From contig OX597839.1 of NCBI GenBank assembly GCA_951406725.2, positions 558,001 through 622,000 on the forward strand: a DNA stretch of 64,000 bases, read 5' to 3'. This document shows positions 1 to 11,910 of the stretch, piece by piece; positions within the stretch are counted from its first letter, which is position 1; the number at the start of each line of letters is the position of its first letter. A program made the position numbers and the translations under genes. The notes under the pieces are model-generated. The model was not told the DNA's origin. It did not search any database and worked only from the letters and a program-made list of their open reading frames with translations. Source of the DNA: Octopus vulgaris. Its lineage: Eukaryota.

Positions 1-150
1 CGTCACTTAGCGGTTCGGCAAAAGAGACCGATAGAATAAGTACTGGGCTTACAAAGAATAAGTCCCGGGGTCGGTTTGCTCGACTAAAGGCGGTGCTCCA
101 GCATGGCCGTAGTCAAATGACTGAAACAAGTAAAAGAGTAAAAGAGTAAA
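1..150 (+). mobile_element. 3' part of tRNA-derived SINE family A (octopus OR-type)
   Basis: Matches 3' half of the copy at 25145-25548; (AAAAGAGT)n tail. Confidence 0.85.
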
Positions 151-918
151 GAGAGATTACGAATCTGTGAAATATATATATATATTTTTTTAAGTTTAAA
201 TTTTCTAAAAGAAACCTTCCCCCACTTCACCCACACATCACCTACTCGCTTTCGAAAAGCTAAAAACACCCAAAGTTTCACTTTTGTCTGATGTTTCATG
301 AATGTGTAGAATTATACTGAAATAGTAGACGTAAAAAAATATCAGAGCACCACCATAAAACCCGACATGCTAGAAACAACAGGTAAATGACATGGTTTCT
401 GAAGAAGCTAAAATTTCCAAAACGCTAATTGTGAAACATTAGGAGTTTGTAGTTTTTTGAAAGTGGTGAGGTAATGGGTGGATATTTAGGAAGGAGATTT
501 TAGTGTTTATTTAAGAAAAAACGAAGGCAGAAGATTCATACTCTCTGGGGTTTTTCTCCGTTGATTACCAAGAAAAAATTGGTAAAAAGTAAAAAATGAA
601 GAAATTGGGATGGGGAGGGAGAAAATTAAAATATTGGGAACGTGTTTTGGGGGTGAAATATTAATTCCCTGTAGTGAAAACATAGGAATCGGAAGAAATT
701 TAGGGAAAAATCAGGAGCACGGGCACAAATGTCACTTAGGATGACATGCTAGAAACAACAGGTAAAGGACTAAGATTTCTGGGAGAACTTTTAAATTTAA
801 ACGCACTCATTACAAACACGAATTACAGAATAGAAAAAGGTGATCTCTATTAGATTTGAGCTGTAATTTTAAGCTTGCACATAGCAAGAAATAACACAAT
901 TCATACAGAAGTTTTACG

Positions 919-956
<38 letters not shown>

Positions 957-1419
957 AAGAGAGAGTGTGTGTGTGCGTATGTGAGAGAGAAAGGTGTGTG
1001 TTGTCATGTATGTGTTTTTTTGCATGTATGTGTAAGGGGCTCTCTCTCTCTCTCTCTCTCTCTCACTCACACATGCATTATTTTTCATATACATGTGCAT
1101 AAATACATATGCATACATCTTTTTTGTGGTGGTATAAAATGTCGTTTAAGATAGTTGAATTATAGAAAAATTATAATGATAAGTTTTTGTAATGCAAATA
1201 TGTAAATGAAATTAAAGGTTATTTGTTAGCCAAAAGATTACTGAATCGTCAGTTTTCGAATGTTTCCGTTAATTTCCGTAATTTTTTTTTATTTCTTTAT
1301 GCTTTGAAGAGAGAAGCAAATGAAAGAGAAAGTGAAGCCGTAAAATTTGATTTGAAGTGAGAGCAGAAAGTGAAAGAGAGGAGAAAGTGGTATATGTACG
1401 TGTATATGAAATGGAGGTA

Positions 1420-1489
<70 letters not shown>

Positions 1490-1551
1490 CGTGCGTGCGT
1501 GTGCTGAGAGAATGAGTGAGTGAAAGTGTGTGTTGTATGTGTAAATAGCAC

Positions 1552-1591
<40 letters not shown>

Positions 1592-2329
1592 ACACACACC
1601 TTTCATATACAATTCCATAAATACGTATACAGGCATCTTTTTGTATATATGTGTGCGTGTGCATGAGAGAGAGAGAGAGTTTGTGTGTGTGTGTGTGTGT
1701 GTATGTGTGTGTGTGACTGTATTTCGTCATAACATATAGAGAAATGGATGTCTTTTAAGATACACACTCATATAGAGAATGTAACGTCGACGTCGTTGTC
1801 GTGGTATAAAATGTTTCCGATAGTTGACTTATAGAAAAGATTATTGTAAAATTTTGTAATGCAAATATGTAAATGAAAATAAGTTCGCTTTGTAGTCATA
1901 AGATTGCTGAATCTTTTGATACCCCATACACCAAAATCGGCAACTCAGTTTTCGAATGCACAAGGAAGATGCACACACACATACATAAATTCTCTTTTAT
2001 ATATATGGAAGTGACCATGTCTGTCGTTCTGTCTGTCTGTCTCTCATTCCCAAAGTGCCTATCTCTTTCTGTCTCCTCTCCTTCCCTGATATCACCCACC
2101 ACCACTTTTCACATTTCCTTGAACTTAACAATTTTGCACCCCTCTCATTTTATCATGTAGTAGCCCAACCCCCGTAGTTGGTCCATTATCGATTTTTATT
2201 AAAATTCAATTATCCCATTATTGAACTGGATCTTAGTTCAACATGTATACACAGTTTGGATGGAGGTAGTGAGAGTCAGTGTGTCACACTTTAACCTCCT
2301 CTCTCACTATTCCTCTTGATTGGGTGTAA

Positions 2330-2379
<50 letters not shown>

Positions 2380-2382
<3 letters not shown>

Positions 2383-2548
2383 TACGACAAGCTTCTTTCA
2401 GTTTCCGTCTACCAAATCCACTCACAAGTCTTTGGTCGGCCCGAGGCTATAGCAGAAGATACTTGCCCAAGATGCCACGCAGCGGGACTGAACCCGGAAC
2501 CATGTGGTTGGTAAACAAGCTACTTACCACACAGCCACTCCTGCGTCT
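2380..2548 (-). mobile_element. SINE family A, 5' tRNA-like head fragment
   Basis: Minus strand: A-box TGGCTGTGTGG, B-box GGTTCAGTCC, CORE-like CTTGGGCAAGT; abuts (TA)n. Confidence 0.85.
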
Positions 2549-2984
2549 AAAAGAAGCGTTGATAATGGCATATTCGGGTCTTTTATTGGCCACAAGTAAC
2601 TGTCCCTTATGAGGGTTTTCCTTTCATTTCCGTTTAGTTTTCTGCCATTTTCTTTCTTTTCTTTTTTTTTGTGTGTGTTAAATTCTTGTCAGGATTTCGG
2701 ATGAGAAAGACAGACATCTGGGGGAAATGCTTAGCAGCATTTCGTCCGTCTTCATGCTTTGAGTTCAAATGCCGCCGAGGTCGACCTTGTCTTTCGGGTT
2801 CGATAAAATAAGTACCAGTTGAACAATGGTGCCGATGTAATCGACTTAACTCCTCCTCGCAAATCATGAGCACGTGTCACAGTTTCTAATCGAATTTCTG
2901 ATGAGAGTTACTTCCCTGGAATTCAAACACGAGTAGTCTCCCTTGTAATAACTGTTTTGTACTTTAAACTCTCTTACAAATTGT

Positions 2985-3125
2985 GTGCGCGTGGCTTAAT
3001 GGTTAGGCTGTCAGCATCATGATTGTGGTTTCGATTCCTGGACCGGGCGACGCGTTGTGTTCTTGAGCAAAACACTTCATTTCACGTTGCTCCAGTCCAC
3101 TCAGCTAGCAAAAATGAGTAACGTT
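2985..3125 (+). mobile_element. tRNA-derived CORE-type SINE fragment (third family)
   Basis: TGGCTTAATGG A-box, GTTTCGATTCC B-box, TGTGTTCTTGAGCAAAACACTT core-like segment. Confidence 0.65.
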
Positions 3126-3129
3126 TATA

Positions 3130-3365
3130 AGGCGGCGAGCTGGCAGAAACGTTAGCACGCCGGGCGAAATGCTTAGCGGTATTTCGTCTGCGTTACGTTG
3201 TGAGTTCAAATTCCGCCGAGGTCGACTTTGCCTTTCATCCTTTCGGGCTCGATAAATTAAGTACTAGTTACGCACTGGGGTCGATGTAATCGACTTAATA
3301 CCTATGTCTGTCCTTGTTTGTCCCCTCTGTGTTTAGCCCCTTGTGGGTAATAAAGAAATAGGTAT
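3130..3365 (+). mobile_element. tRNA-derived SINE family B (octopus OK-like), monomer
   Basis: GGCGAGCTGGCAGAAACG head, GAGTTCAAATTCC B-box, GCCTTTCATCC...GATAAATTAAGTAC body, AATAAAGAAAT tail; many copies in window. Confidence 0.85.
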
Positions 3366-3532
3366 TATTACGGTTGTTAAAGTTCATGGCTTTAACGATC
3401 TTCATAATCTTTTTTTTCTTTTTTCTACTCTAGGCACAAGATCCGAAATTTTTAAGGAGTGGGGTCTATCGATTAGATCGACCCCAGTACGCAAAGTCAA
3501 CCTCGGCAGAATTGACAATCTTACTCTTGACT

Positions 3533-3759
3533 ATTTTACTTTTTTTACTTGTTTTAGTCAGTTGACTGCGGCCATGCTGGAGCACCGCCTTTTTTTTTAA
3601 TCGAGCAACTCGACCCCGGGACTTATTCTTTGTAAGCCCAGTACTTATAATATCGGTCTCTTTTTGCCGAACCGCTAAGTAACGGGGACATAAACACACC
3701 AGCATCGGTTGTCAAGCAATGCTAGGGGGAAAACACAGACACACAAACACACACAAACA

Positions 3760-3809
<50 letters not shown>

Positions 3810-3975
3810 TACGACGGGCTTCTTTCAGTTTCCGTCTACCAAATCCACTCACAAGGCTTTGGTCGGCCCGAGGCTATAGCAGAAGACACTTTCCCAAGGT
3901 GCCACGCAGTGGGACTGAACCCGGAACCATGTGGTTGGTAAACAATCTACTTACCACACAGCCACTCCTGCACCT
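3533..3975 (-). mobile_element. SINE family A, full length
   Basis: Head, internal (TA)n/(TG)n and tail all present. Confidence 0.9.
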
Positions 3976-4112
3976 ATAATCTTCATAATGTTCTCTTCGA
4001 ATCTTCCCATATCTGTAAGATTCGGAGGATTTCTGATGCTTGTCAGTCTATTTGTATGGGGTGTGTTAGACAGAGCATCATTGGAGGAGAAAAAAAAAAC
4101 TCCATCCACTTC

Positions 4113-4800
4113 ATTCTTCATCTTTTATTTGTTTCAGGCATTTGACTACGGTCATGCTGGGGCACCGCCTTGACGGTGTTTTGCTAAAGCTTGATCCTTA
4201 TTCTATAGACCTCCTTGGCCGATCCGCTAAGTCACGGGCACGTAAACACACCAGCACCGGTTGTGAGGGAGAAGTGCGTCCCCAAAGTTCATCCCCTCCT
4301 CACCATGGTGGGGGCGCTGGCAACGGATAGTGTCAGAGCTATGCCGTCGGGAACTTCGGTTCCAGGTAGGGCAACCCAAAGGCGGATTGGTCTGACACCG
4401 AGTGGTATTAGGGCCACAACCCGGCAGACGGGGTTCTGGTGAAAATCCTCGGAGTGTCTGTTTCGGCAACCGGCGGCCCCTCGGTCGTTCTGTCCCTGCA
4501 TCTGCGGACAATCTGCAGCAAACAGGATGTCTCCACATGCGGGATTGTTGGGGATCGCTTGTGAAATCCACATATTCCCACGAAACTTCTTCCACTGCCC
4601 TGGTTCGAGATGCTTCGAGGGTGGTGGAAGAAGCCGACTCAACCTGCCCAGGGTGAATGTCGCCACAAGTTCAACTAGTAAGTGAGGGAGAAGTACGCCC
4701 CACTACATATACGACGGGTTTCTTTCAGTTTCCGTCTACCAAATCCACTTACAAGGAATGAAATCCACTTACAAGCTTCTTACCACACAGCCACACTCGC
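4113..4800 (-). mobile_element. SINE family A copy interrupted by a GC-rich insert
   Basis: SINE sequence at 4113-4262 and 4703-4800 flanks foreign sequence. Confidence 0.75.
4263..4702 (+). mobile_element. RTE-clade 5'UTR-like structured non-coding insert with ~21-bp terminal direct repeat
   Basis: GAGCTATGCCG...GGTAGGGCAACCCAAAGGCGGATTGGTC resembles recalled BovB/Expander 5'UTR; repeats at 4263-4284 and 4682-4702. Confidence 0.6.
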
Positions 4801-4838
4801 CCAATTTGAGTGCTCGTTAGACGACGCTTGGTGTAGAG

Positions 4839-5618
4839 CAGCGCTTCTCAAACTGTTTTCAATACTACCTTTTTTTCCTTTTACTAACACTTATACAACT
4901 CCCCATTGCTGCAACTCAATGTGTCCCCAACTCACCTTAACCCCTTACCCAACAATTATTTTGAAAATAAATGTATTTTTTCAGACATATTTTTTAATTG
5001 TTTTATTTTACTATGTTTTGAATGGTGATTTCGAGGTATATTTCAAACCTTATTTATTATGAATTTTAATTCAATAATATTGATTTTAAATTACCGCTTT
5101 GGGCAGAAACGAGTTAACCCGTTTTTAGACGAAGGAACTCGTTTGCTGTCGATTTTGGCGAGTCTATCTTTTGACGAGTTAACTCGCCAGAGATGGAAAA
5201 AAAAACGATTTCGGTCAAAACGCATATATTCGTTTCTGCCGGGTAAGGGGTTAATGTATATACACATAATATCAGATCAGAATAACTTAGATCCGTGTAC
5301 TAGTTTAACGCATACGACTACTTACCACAGCACCACCCGCCTATAATCGAATACTGTACGAATAGCTGGTATTTATTTAGTTGTCATTTATTTCCTCATT
5401 CATTTTACGAAGTTTGTTGTTATTGTTGATGTTGTTACTGTTGCTGTGATTGCTTTTAAAAAGCAGTTTATTACATTTTATTTTATTTTTTAAGGAAATA
5501 TTTAAATAGACAAAGATGAAATGAAACTGTCCAAATACATTTATCGCCCTTTGTACACAGTACTTGTAACAAAATTTCCCCGCCTTCTAGGGGGCGACAC
5601 CATATTTGAGAAGCTCTG
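4839..5618. mobile_element. non-autonomous hAT element
   Basis: TIR CAGCGCTTCTCAAA/TTTGAGAAGCTCTG; 8-bp TSD GTGTAGAG/GTGTGGAG. Confidence 0.75.
4941..5250. mobile_element. piggyBac-type MITE nested in hAT element
   Basis: TTAA|CCCCTTACCC...GGGTAAGGGG|TTAA; single TTAA at the paralogous site 22993-22996. Confidence 0.85.
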
Positions 5619-5649
5619 GTGTGGAGCTTTCTGTCTGTGATGTGAGGAA

Positions 5650-6248
5650 GGCACGAGCTGGCAGAAACGATAGCGCGCCGGGCGAAATGCTTTGCGGTAT
5701 TTCGTCTGCCGTTACGTTCCGAGTTCAAATTCCGCCGAGGTCAACTTTGCCTTTCATCCATTCTGGGTCGATAAATTAAGTACCAGTTACGCACTGGGGT
5801 CGATGTAATCGACTTAATACCTATGTCTGTCCTTGTTTGTCCCCTCTATGTTTATCCCCTTGTGGGTAATAAAGAAATAGGTATTTCGTCTGTCGTTACG
5901 TTCCGAGTTCAAATTCCGCCGAGGTCAACTTTGCCTTTCATCCGTTCGGGGTCGATAAATTAAGTACCAGTTACGCACTGGGGTCGATGTAATCGACTTA
6001 ATACCTATGTCTGTCCTTGTTTGTCCCCTCTGTATTTATCCCCTTGTGGGTAATAAAGAAATAGGTATTTCGTCTGTCGTTACGTTCCGAGTTCAAATTC
6101 CGCCGAGGTCAACTTTGCTTTTCATCCTTTCGGGGTCGATAAATTAAGTACCAGTTACGCACTGGGGTCGATGTAATCGACTTAATACCTATGTCTGTCC
6201 TTGTTTTTCCCCTCTATGTTTAGCCCTTTGTGGGTAGTAAAGAAATAG
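5650..6248 (+). mobile_element. SINE family B with body in 3 tandem ~185-bp copies
   Basis: GTATTTCGTCTG recurs at ~5697, 5881, 6066; one head only. Confidence 0.9.
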
Positions 6249-6249
6249 T

Positions 6250-6611
6250 CAATACAGATAAATGGCAAATGACCACAAATGGGGAGAAGAAAAAGGCGAA
6301 AGATAAGACACGCAATCAATCAAAGCAAATGGCCCCACAATGTTGACAGCAATAAACACAAACACTTCAGAACTAATGCAATACATTAGGTCAAAGAGCA
6401 ACATAAGAGAAGACAATGTCAAAACAATCACCCACGCACAACACCATCACAACACATAAAAGCTATACACGTGACACAAATCACACACAACACACTGAAA
6501 TCTCTACCCGGATGCAGTAGGGAGTTTCAAAAGTACTTACCAAAAACAATTCTACAAAAACCTTCTGAGAGAAGATTGTGAGGTGAAGAATAACCAACTT
6601 TCGAGCAGTGA

Positions 6612-6661
<50 letters not shown>

Positions 6662-7215
6662 CATTTCCTTTTCTTTTCGTGTGTAAAGCGCAACTTTCGA
6701 TAAGAACATGCTTAGAACAGGTTGTATAAATATGCATGGCTTAGGGTCGCCTTGGAAACATAGCTACCTGTTAAATGACATCAAGTCACAGAATATGCAT
6801 ATCATAGCCATCAGTGAGACCAGACTCCACAACACGCGGTGCCTCCAGCACATATTCGGCGGACAATTCGACATTTAGTTTTCTCCATCTCTGCCAAAAA
6901 TGGGCGGGGGTGGTACCGAGGTGCTTTTTCGGAAGAGTTTGGACCTCGAATGAAGAGCAATATTCCTAGACCCAGAGGGTAGGCTGGTCGTCTTGCCGTC
7001 TTGGATGTCGATGGCAGTAATGGGTGTGTTTTTCGATTGATAACAGTTTATCCTTAGCAGATCGGTCGGATATCTTTCGACGTCTAGAAGTTTTCCTGGG
7101 AACGTCTCGACATTTACCTTTAGTGGGGGACTTGAACGCTATCTTGGACACGCGCCCAGACTACGTGGCTAGAAGTAGGAATAGGAGGGGATATAAATGC
7201 CTCAAAGACCTGCTC
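6250..7215 (+). mobile_element. L1/Tx1-like LINE fragment (ORF1 end + APE endonuclease start), decayed
   Basis: MLRTGCINMHGLGSPWKHSYLLNDI...IAISETRL and LPLVGDLNAILD APE motifs; similar to ORF at 43824-44045. Confidence 0.75.
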
Positions 7216-7283
7216 ATTTACATATATATATATTTACACACACACAAACACACACACACACGCACACATATATATATATATAT

Positions 7284-7640
7284 TCAAGAGAAATTGAAAA
7301 AAGTATGTTGCAACAGAGAAGGTGAATCTCGTTGACTTTGTTTTGTACACAGTTTGTTACAGATCATGCCTTTTTCGCTAGGCTCATATTCCATTCGTGG
7401 ACCCATGAGAAACGATCCTGCACTAACTACTCTGTCTATATGTCTGTGTACACCTTTCACTGCCATGTATACCATAAGGTCTGCAAATCTAACGGAGGGC
7501 TCGAAAGACATTTTAAGATACACATAGATCAGAATATAACTGCAGGCCTTGGTGATCCAAATCAGATATGCAATCTATGTGGGTGCGAAGGAATTGTGTT
7601 TTTGAGAATGTGGATCTCGAATCACATAGAGCTATGAATA
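7284..7640 (+). pseudogene. degenerate C2H2 zinc-finger remnant (LINE C-terminus or ZNF pseudogene); inverted paralog at 50200-50560
   Basis: FHCHVYHKVCKSNGGLERHFKIH, ICNLCG. Confidence 0.5.
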
Positions 7641-7712
7641 TTTAAATATTGGATTGAAAACTTTCTACGAGATCCACTGTTCCAGAAAAGGATTATTTCA
7701 TATACATATTCT

Positions 7713-8085
7713 TTTATTCTTTTACTTGCTTCAGTCAATTGATTGCGACCATGCTGGAGCACCGCCTTTAGACGAACAGGATTTATTCTTTGTAAGCCCA
7801 GTACTTATTTTATCAGTCTCTTTCGTAAACACACCTCATCGGTTGACATGCGATAGTGGGGGGAGAAACACAGACACACAAACATACACACACACATTCA
7901 CGCACATACACACATAGACACACACGAACATATATAAAAATAATTATATACGACGAGCTTCTTTCAGTTTCCATCTACCAAATCCACACTCAAGGCTTTA
8001 GTCGTCCCGAGGCCATTGTAGAAGACACCTGCCGAAGTTGCCACGCAGTGGGACTGAACTCGGGACCGTGTGGTTAGGAAGCAAT
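7713..8085 (-). mobile_element. SINE family A, diverged; inverted paralog at 49755-50133
   Basis: Family A sequence sharing private substitutions with 49755-50133. Confidence 0.85.
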
Positions 8086-8089
8086 GCAT

Positions 8090-9362
8090 ATGAAATATTC
8101 GTATTGGATCTTCTGGCGTGAATGCCAAGCAGTACAACATGTCGTTTCTTAATTGCTGAGTGAATGAATTATGTCATGGTGCTGTGTTTCTCACAACAGA
8201 ACCTGCTATACTGTCTAGTCCACAAAAAACAAAAGCAATCAATACGCATGCGCCGAACTAAAAATATAAATAGCAACAATTTACCCATCGCAGACGGTAT
8301 GTATATGTGTGTTGATAAATGCATTCCTCTAATGAATTTATCAACACATAATTGTTATTAAATAATATTTCTTTGAATTCATTATTACACAATGAAAAAT
8401 AATTACTCCATATACCAGTGGTTTTCAACCAGGGTTCCGCGGAACCTTAGGGTTCCGCCAGTACAGTGCAGGGGTTCCGCAAGAAGTTACAAAACTGCTA
8501 AATTCGGGAGTAATTTTTAATTCTCTTGTGCAGATATGTGTGCATAAGACTATTAAATTATTGCACAGGGGTTCCTCGAGCCAGTGGAGTGTTTCCTTGG
8601 GGTTCCGCTCCAGCAAAAAGTTTGAAAAGCACTGCCCTATACAATATGATTTAGCTCTACAAATAATCTCCCAAGTTCATTTATATTTAATGGATCTAGA
8701 TTTAAGGTCCCAAATATATTTACTGAGACCTGTTGAATTTATTAGATTTTTATTCCCAAAAGAATACATATGTTGAGCTACTCTTGATTTAATTTTATTC
8801 GAAGAGGACCCTATATAGTGTTCAAATTATGATAATTCAAATTCTTATCATCTATTAAAGACTACATTATAGACTACATTATCTAAATTACAATTATTAT
8901 TATATTTACATATATATATGGGAGTGTGTATATGTATATTTATATATACATAAATTCGCCCTCTGAATTTTTTAAATCCTCTCCTAAACACTCTGACGAC
9001 GCCTAGAGACACACCCAAGTACCCTAATTTTATCTACCGATCACTACATTACATTGAGAAGATGGAAATAACACGTGGAGTACTGTGACATCTTGGCAGA
9101 AGCAGCTGTTCTTATTCCTCTATTGAAGAAATTACTAGTACTTTATATATGTAAAACACAATCGTTACACATGTATATATATTCTCATAATTGTTTAAAA
9201 TAAATAAATAAATAGACATAATATAATGACTAACAGTTGATACATACTACATCAGTATCCCCTCCATTTTTTTCTTATTGTGTATATATTTATATGTAAA
9301 TATATATATATACATACGTACATATGTATATATATATATGTACATATACATACGTACATATA

Positions 9363-9417
<55 letters not shown>

Positions 9418-9550
9418 ATGTGTAAATATATATATATATATACATACGTACATATGTATATATATATATATGTGCATATATATTTATATATACATATGTA
9501 TAGTTCGTTTAAATATTTGTTGTGCAAAATGACCATTCCGAAATATAACA

Positions 9551-9632
<82 letters not shown>

Positions 9633-10186
9633 AGCAATCTCTCCTGTACCTCCACCACTATTCCCATAACTATCCTGGTGACTACAATGGGTAATTGCCG
9701 TATCTAAGCGTGGGCGACACAAAATCTCCAGCAAAACAACACCCATGAGAACAATACCCACCATTTGCTATACGATCTTCTCTCAACAACTCCTTCTCTG
9801 TTCGATCTTCTCTTACTACCACTCTTCATCGTTCCTAAGAAACACATATACGTCGATATGCGAAGAGAGATAAACACATTCTGACACAACGTTTAGAGAT
9901 AGTCATTGCTGTATCTGAGCCAAAGTTCTGAGCCAAAGTTCCGTCCTGAAGAGAACCAACGTTTCCACTCAACAAATCACTTGTCTCGCATTAAGGTAAC
10001 TTATTTATTCCTTTATTTCTCCTCATATCTCTTTTGCTTTTAGATCACGTTTGATATGTTTTAATTTCTTAAAGAAGCATCAGGATCCGAAAGGAAGTAG
10101 ATGTTAGACAGGCCCGTTTCTTTAAGAGAAAAGGTGATTGAAAAGTAACTTTATCTCCGGGTGTGTATGTAAATTATTGATGGTAA
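8090..10186. repeat. segmental duplication, inverted copy at 32123-38910
   Basis: Collinear reverse-complement match including MITE, microsatellites and unique sequence. Confidence 0.9.
8416..8634. mobile_element. hAT MITE
   Basis: TIR CAGTGGTTTTCAA/TTGAAAAGCACTG; TSD CCATATAC/CCCTATAC; internal GGGTTCC repeats. Confidence 0.9.
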
Positions 10187-10334
10187 GGTTGCATTGTATA
10201 TATCTCCCCTAATTTCGCTCTTGCGTCTCACGTTTGATCTTTGACTTCTGGCCGAAATCAGATCGCCATGTTGATTCGCTAGCCTCTGCAGGCATTTTTT
10301 CTCTCTTCTTGTTTCTTTCTGTGTTTCTTTTCTG

Positions 10335-10380
10335 TGTATCTTTCTGTTGAAGAGCGTAGGCTCGAAACGTAAAAGACTTG
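10335..10380 (+). ncRNA. minimal hammerhead-like motif in probable PLE end
   Basis: TTGAAGA-GC-GTAG-GCTC-GAAACGT-A; palindromic stem III; C3U core variant. Confidence 0.45.
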
Positions 10381-10523
10381 TTTTATTTATATTCCTGAGT
10401 GCCATACTAATACAATTGTTTGTTTGTACTCCACCTGCCTTCGTCTTTTGTTTATTTTCATAAAGCTTCCCGTTATATATATATGTATATGTATGTATAT
10501 ATATATATATGTATATATATATG

Positions 10524-10576
<53 letters not shown>

Positions 10577-10964
10577 ATGTATATGTATGTATGTATCCTT
10601 AAAGTGAAGCAACGGTATCAAAGGTAAAAAAAAAAATGAGGTATCAACAATCAGAAGAGAGGGAAGGGGGCATCACCTTTCAAGTAACTCAGAATAGGTA
10701 AAGGTAAGCTTGCCAAAGTTTACTGCAGTTTCAGTATGTAGATAAAGATAGTTTGGTATTGGATATTCATCACGTATAGTTTTCTTAGTCAGCTGAATCA
10801 CCGTCGTAAATGGACAGCAGAAATAAATAGGCGAAATCCTTCTACTTTTATAAGAAGATTAAAAAGAAAATGAAGGCAAAAAGCATTCGTTTATTCACAA
10901 TGATAAATCGTTCCCTAGTGGCCGGAATTTCGCGACAAAATGTATGTTTATTAAGCACAACAGC

Positions 10965-11910
10965 CTGCAGCGAAATGCCGCTGAGATATCCGTGTTTCTG
11001 CAGTCGTTATTGGCATTTAGTAACATAGTGCCCCACTTTCTAAGAGTTGTGGCATACCGTCGAAGTAGGCACTGCAGTCCACCCTGTGTTTCGGACTGCC
11101 ATCCATCCCAACAAGTTGGGCGAAGTACTGCTGAAACACCCCCACACAGCTGCTTGGGCCCTTGTACTATGCGCACATTTTGATCAACCAAAGACCGAAA
11201 TGTGGCTTTGATGACATGTTGCACCTCTGCCACTCGAGCAGTTTTCATCCCCTCTTCTTTAAGTGCTTGCAACTTGTTATGTGTGCACACACACATGTAC
11301 ACACACACAGACATGTGTGTGTATGTGTTTGTCTGTGTGTAAGCTTGTGTGTGTATGTATGTGTTTATATGACAGGACCTTTTCAGTTTCCATCCGCATA
11401 AAAGGCTTTCGTCGACCCGAAGCAATTGTAGAAGATACTCAAGCTGCCAGGCTGTGGGACTGAACTCGAGACCATGTTTTTGAGAAGCTAAATTCTTTCC
11501 ATATTGCTACGCCTACACAGCTAGATAGCCAGACAGATAGGTTTCCCTAAGACGTTGTCGATCTTGCTCATCACTATTAACCCATAGAACTTCATAGTAG
11601 AACTTTCATCGACCGTGTTACTCGAGTGGCAGAAAGCTGTGAGCGCTTGCTGACATTACAGATTCCAAGACTGTGGCCTGATCCAAGACCGTGGCTCCGT
11701 GATACTGAAAATCTTATGTGACAAACGGTGACCACATCCACTCAACGTAGACGAAACGCTGGAGATATCGCAGCGTCAACTCACGCCCGCGCATCATCAG
11801 CCACTTCATACGCAGTCCGCCACTCAGCGGCTGTTAACAGATGATGGCCCGTCTAACTAGCGTACATGTCCCTTCCGCAGAATGTGGAAGAGCAAGCGCT
11901 CCAACTTATA
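10965..11910. repeat. composite duplicated module (Tx1 linker + SINE remnant + mariner/Tx1 pieces)
   Basis: Near-identical copies start at ~39745, 47890, 56750, 60575. Confidence 0.9.

Noticed and set aside
810-1700. ORFs rich in HT/ER/YI/CV repeats here and throughout
   Set aside because: Translations of dinucleotide microsatellites
340-1960. Short local repeats (364/743; 1130/1803)
   Set aside because: Old diverged tandem duplication with no sign of function
4540-4645. Hammerhead in the RTE-like insert (CGAAAC before a long stem)
   Set aside because: No CUGANGA at the required position and the triplet is GCC
9625-10010. Possible solo LTR
   Set aside because: No clear TG..CA ends or TSD; second copy is explained by the segmental duplication
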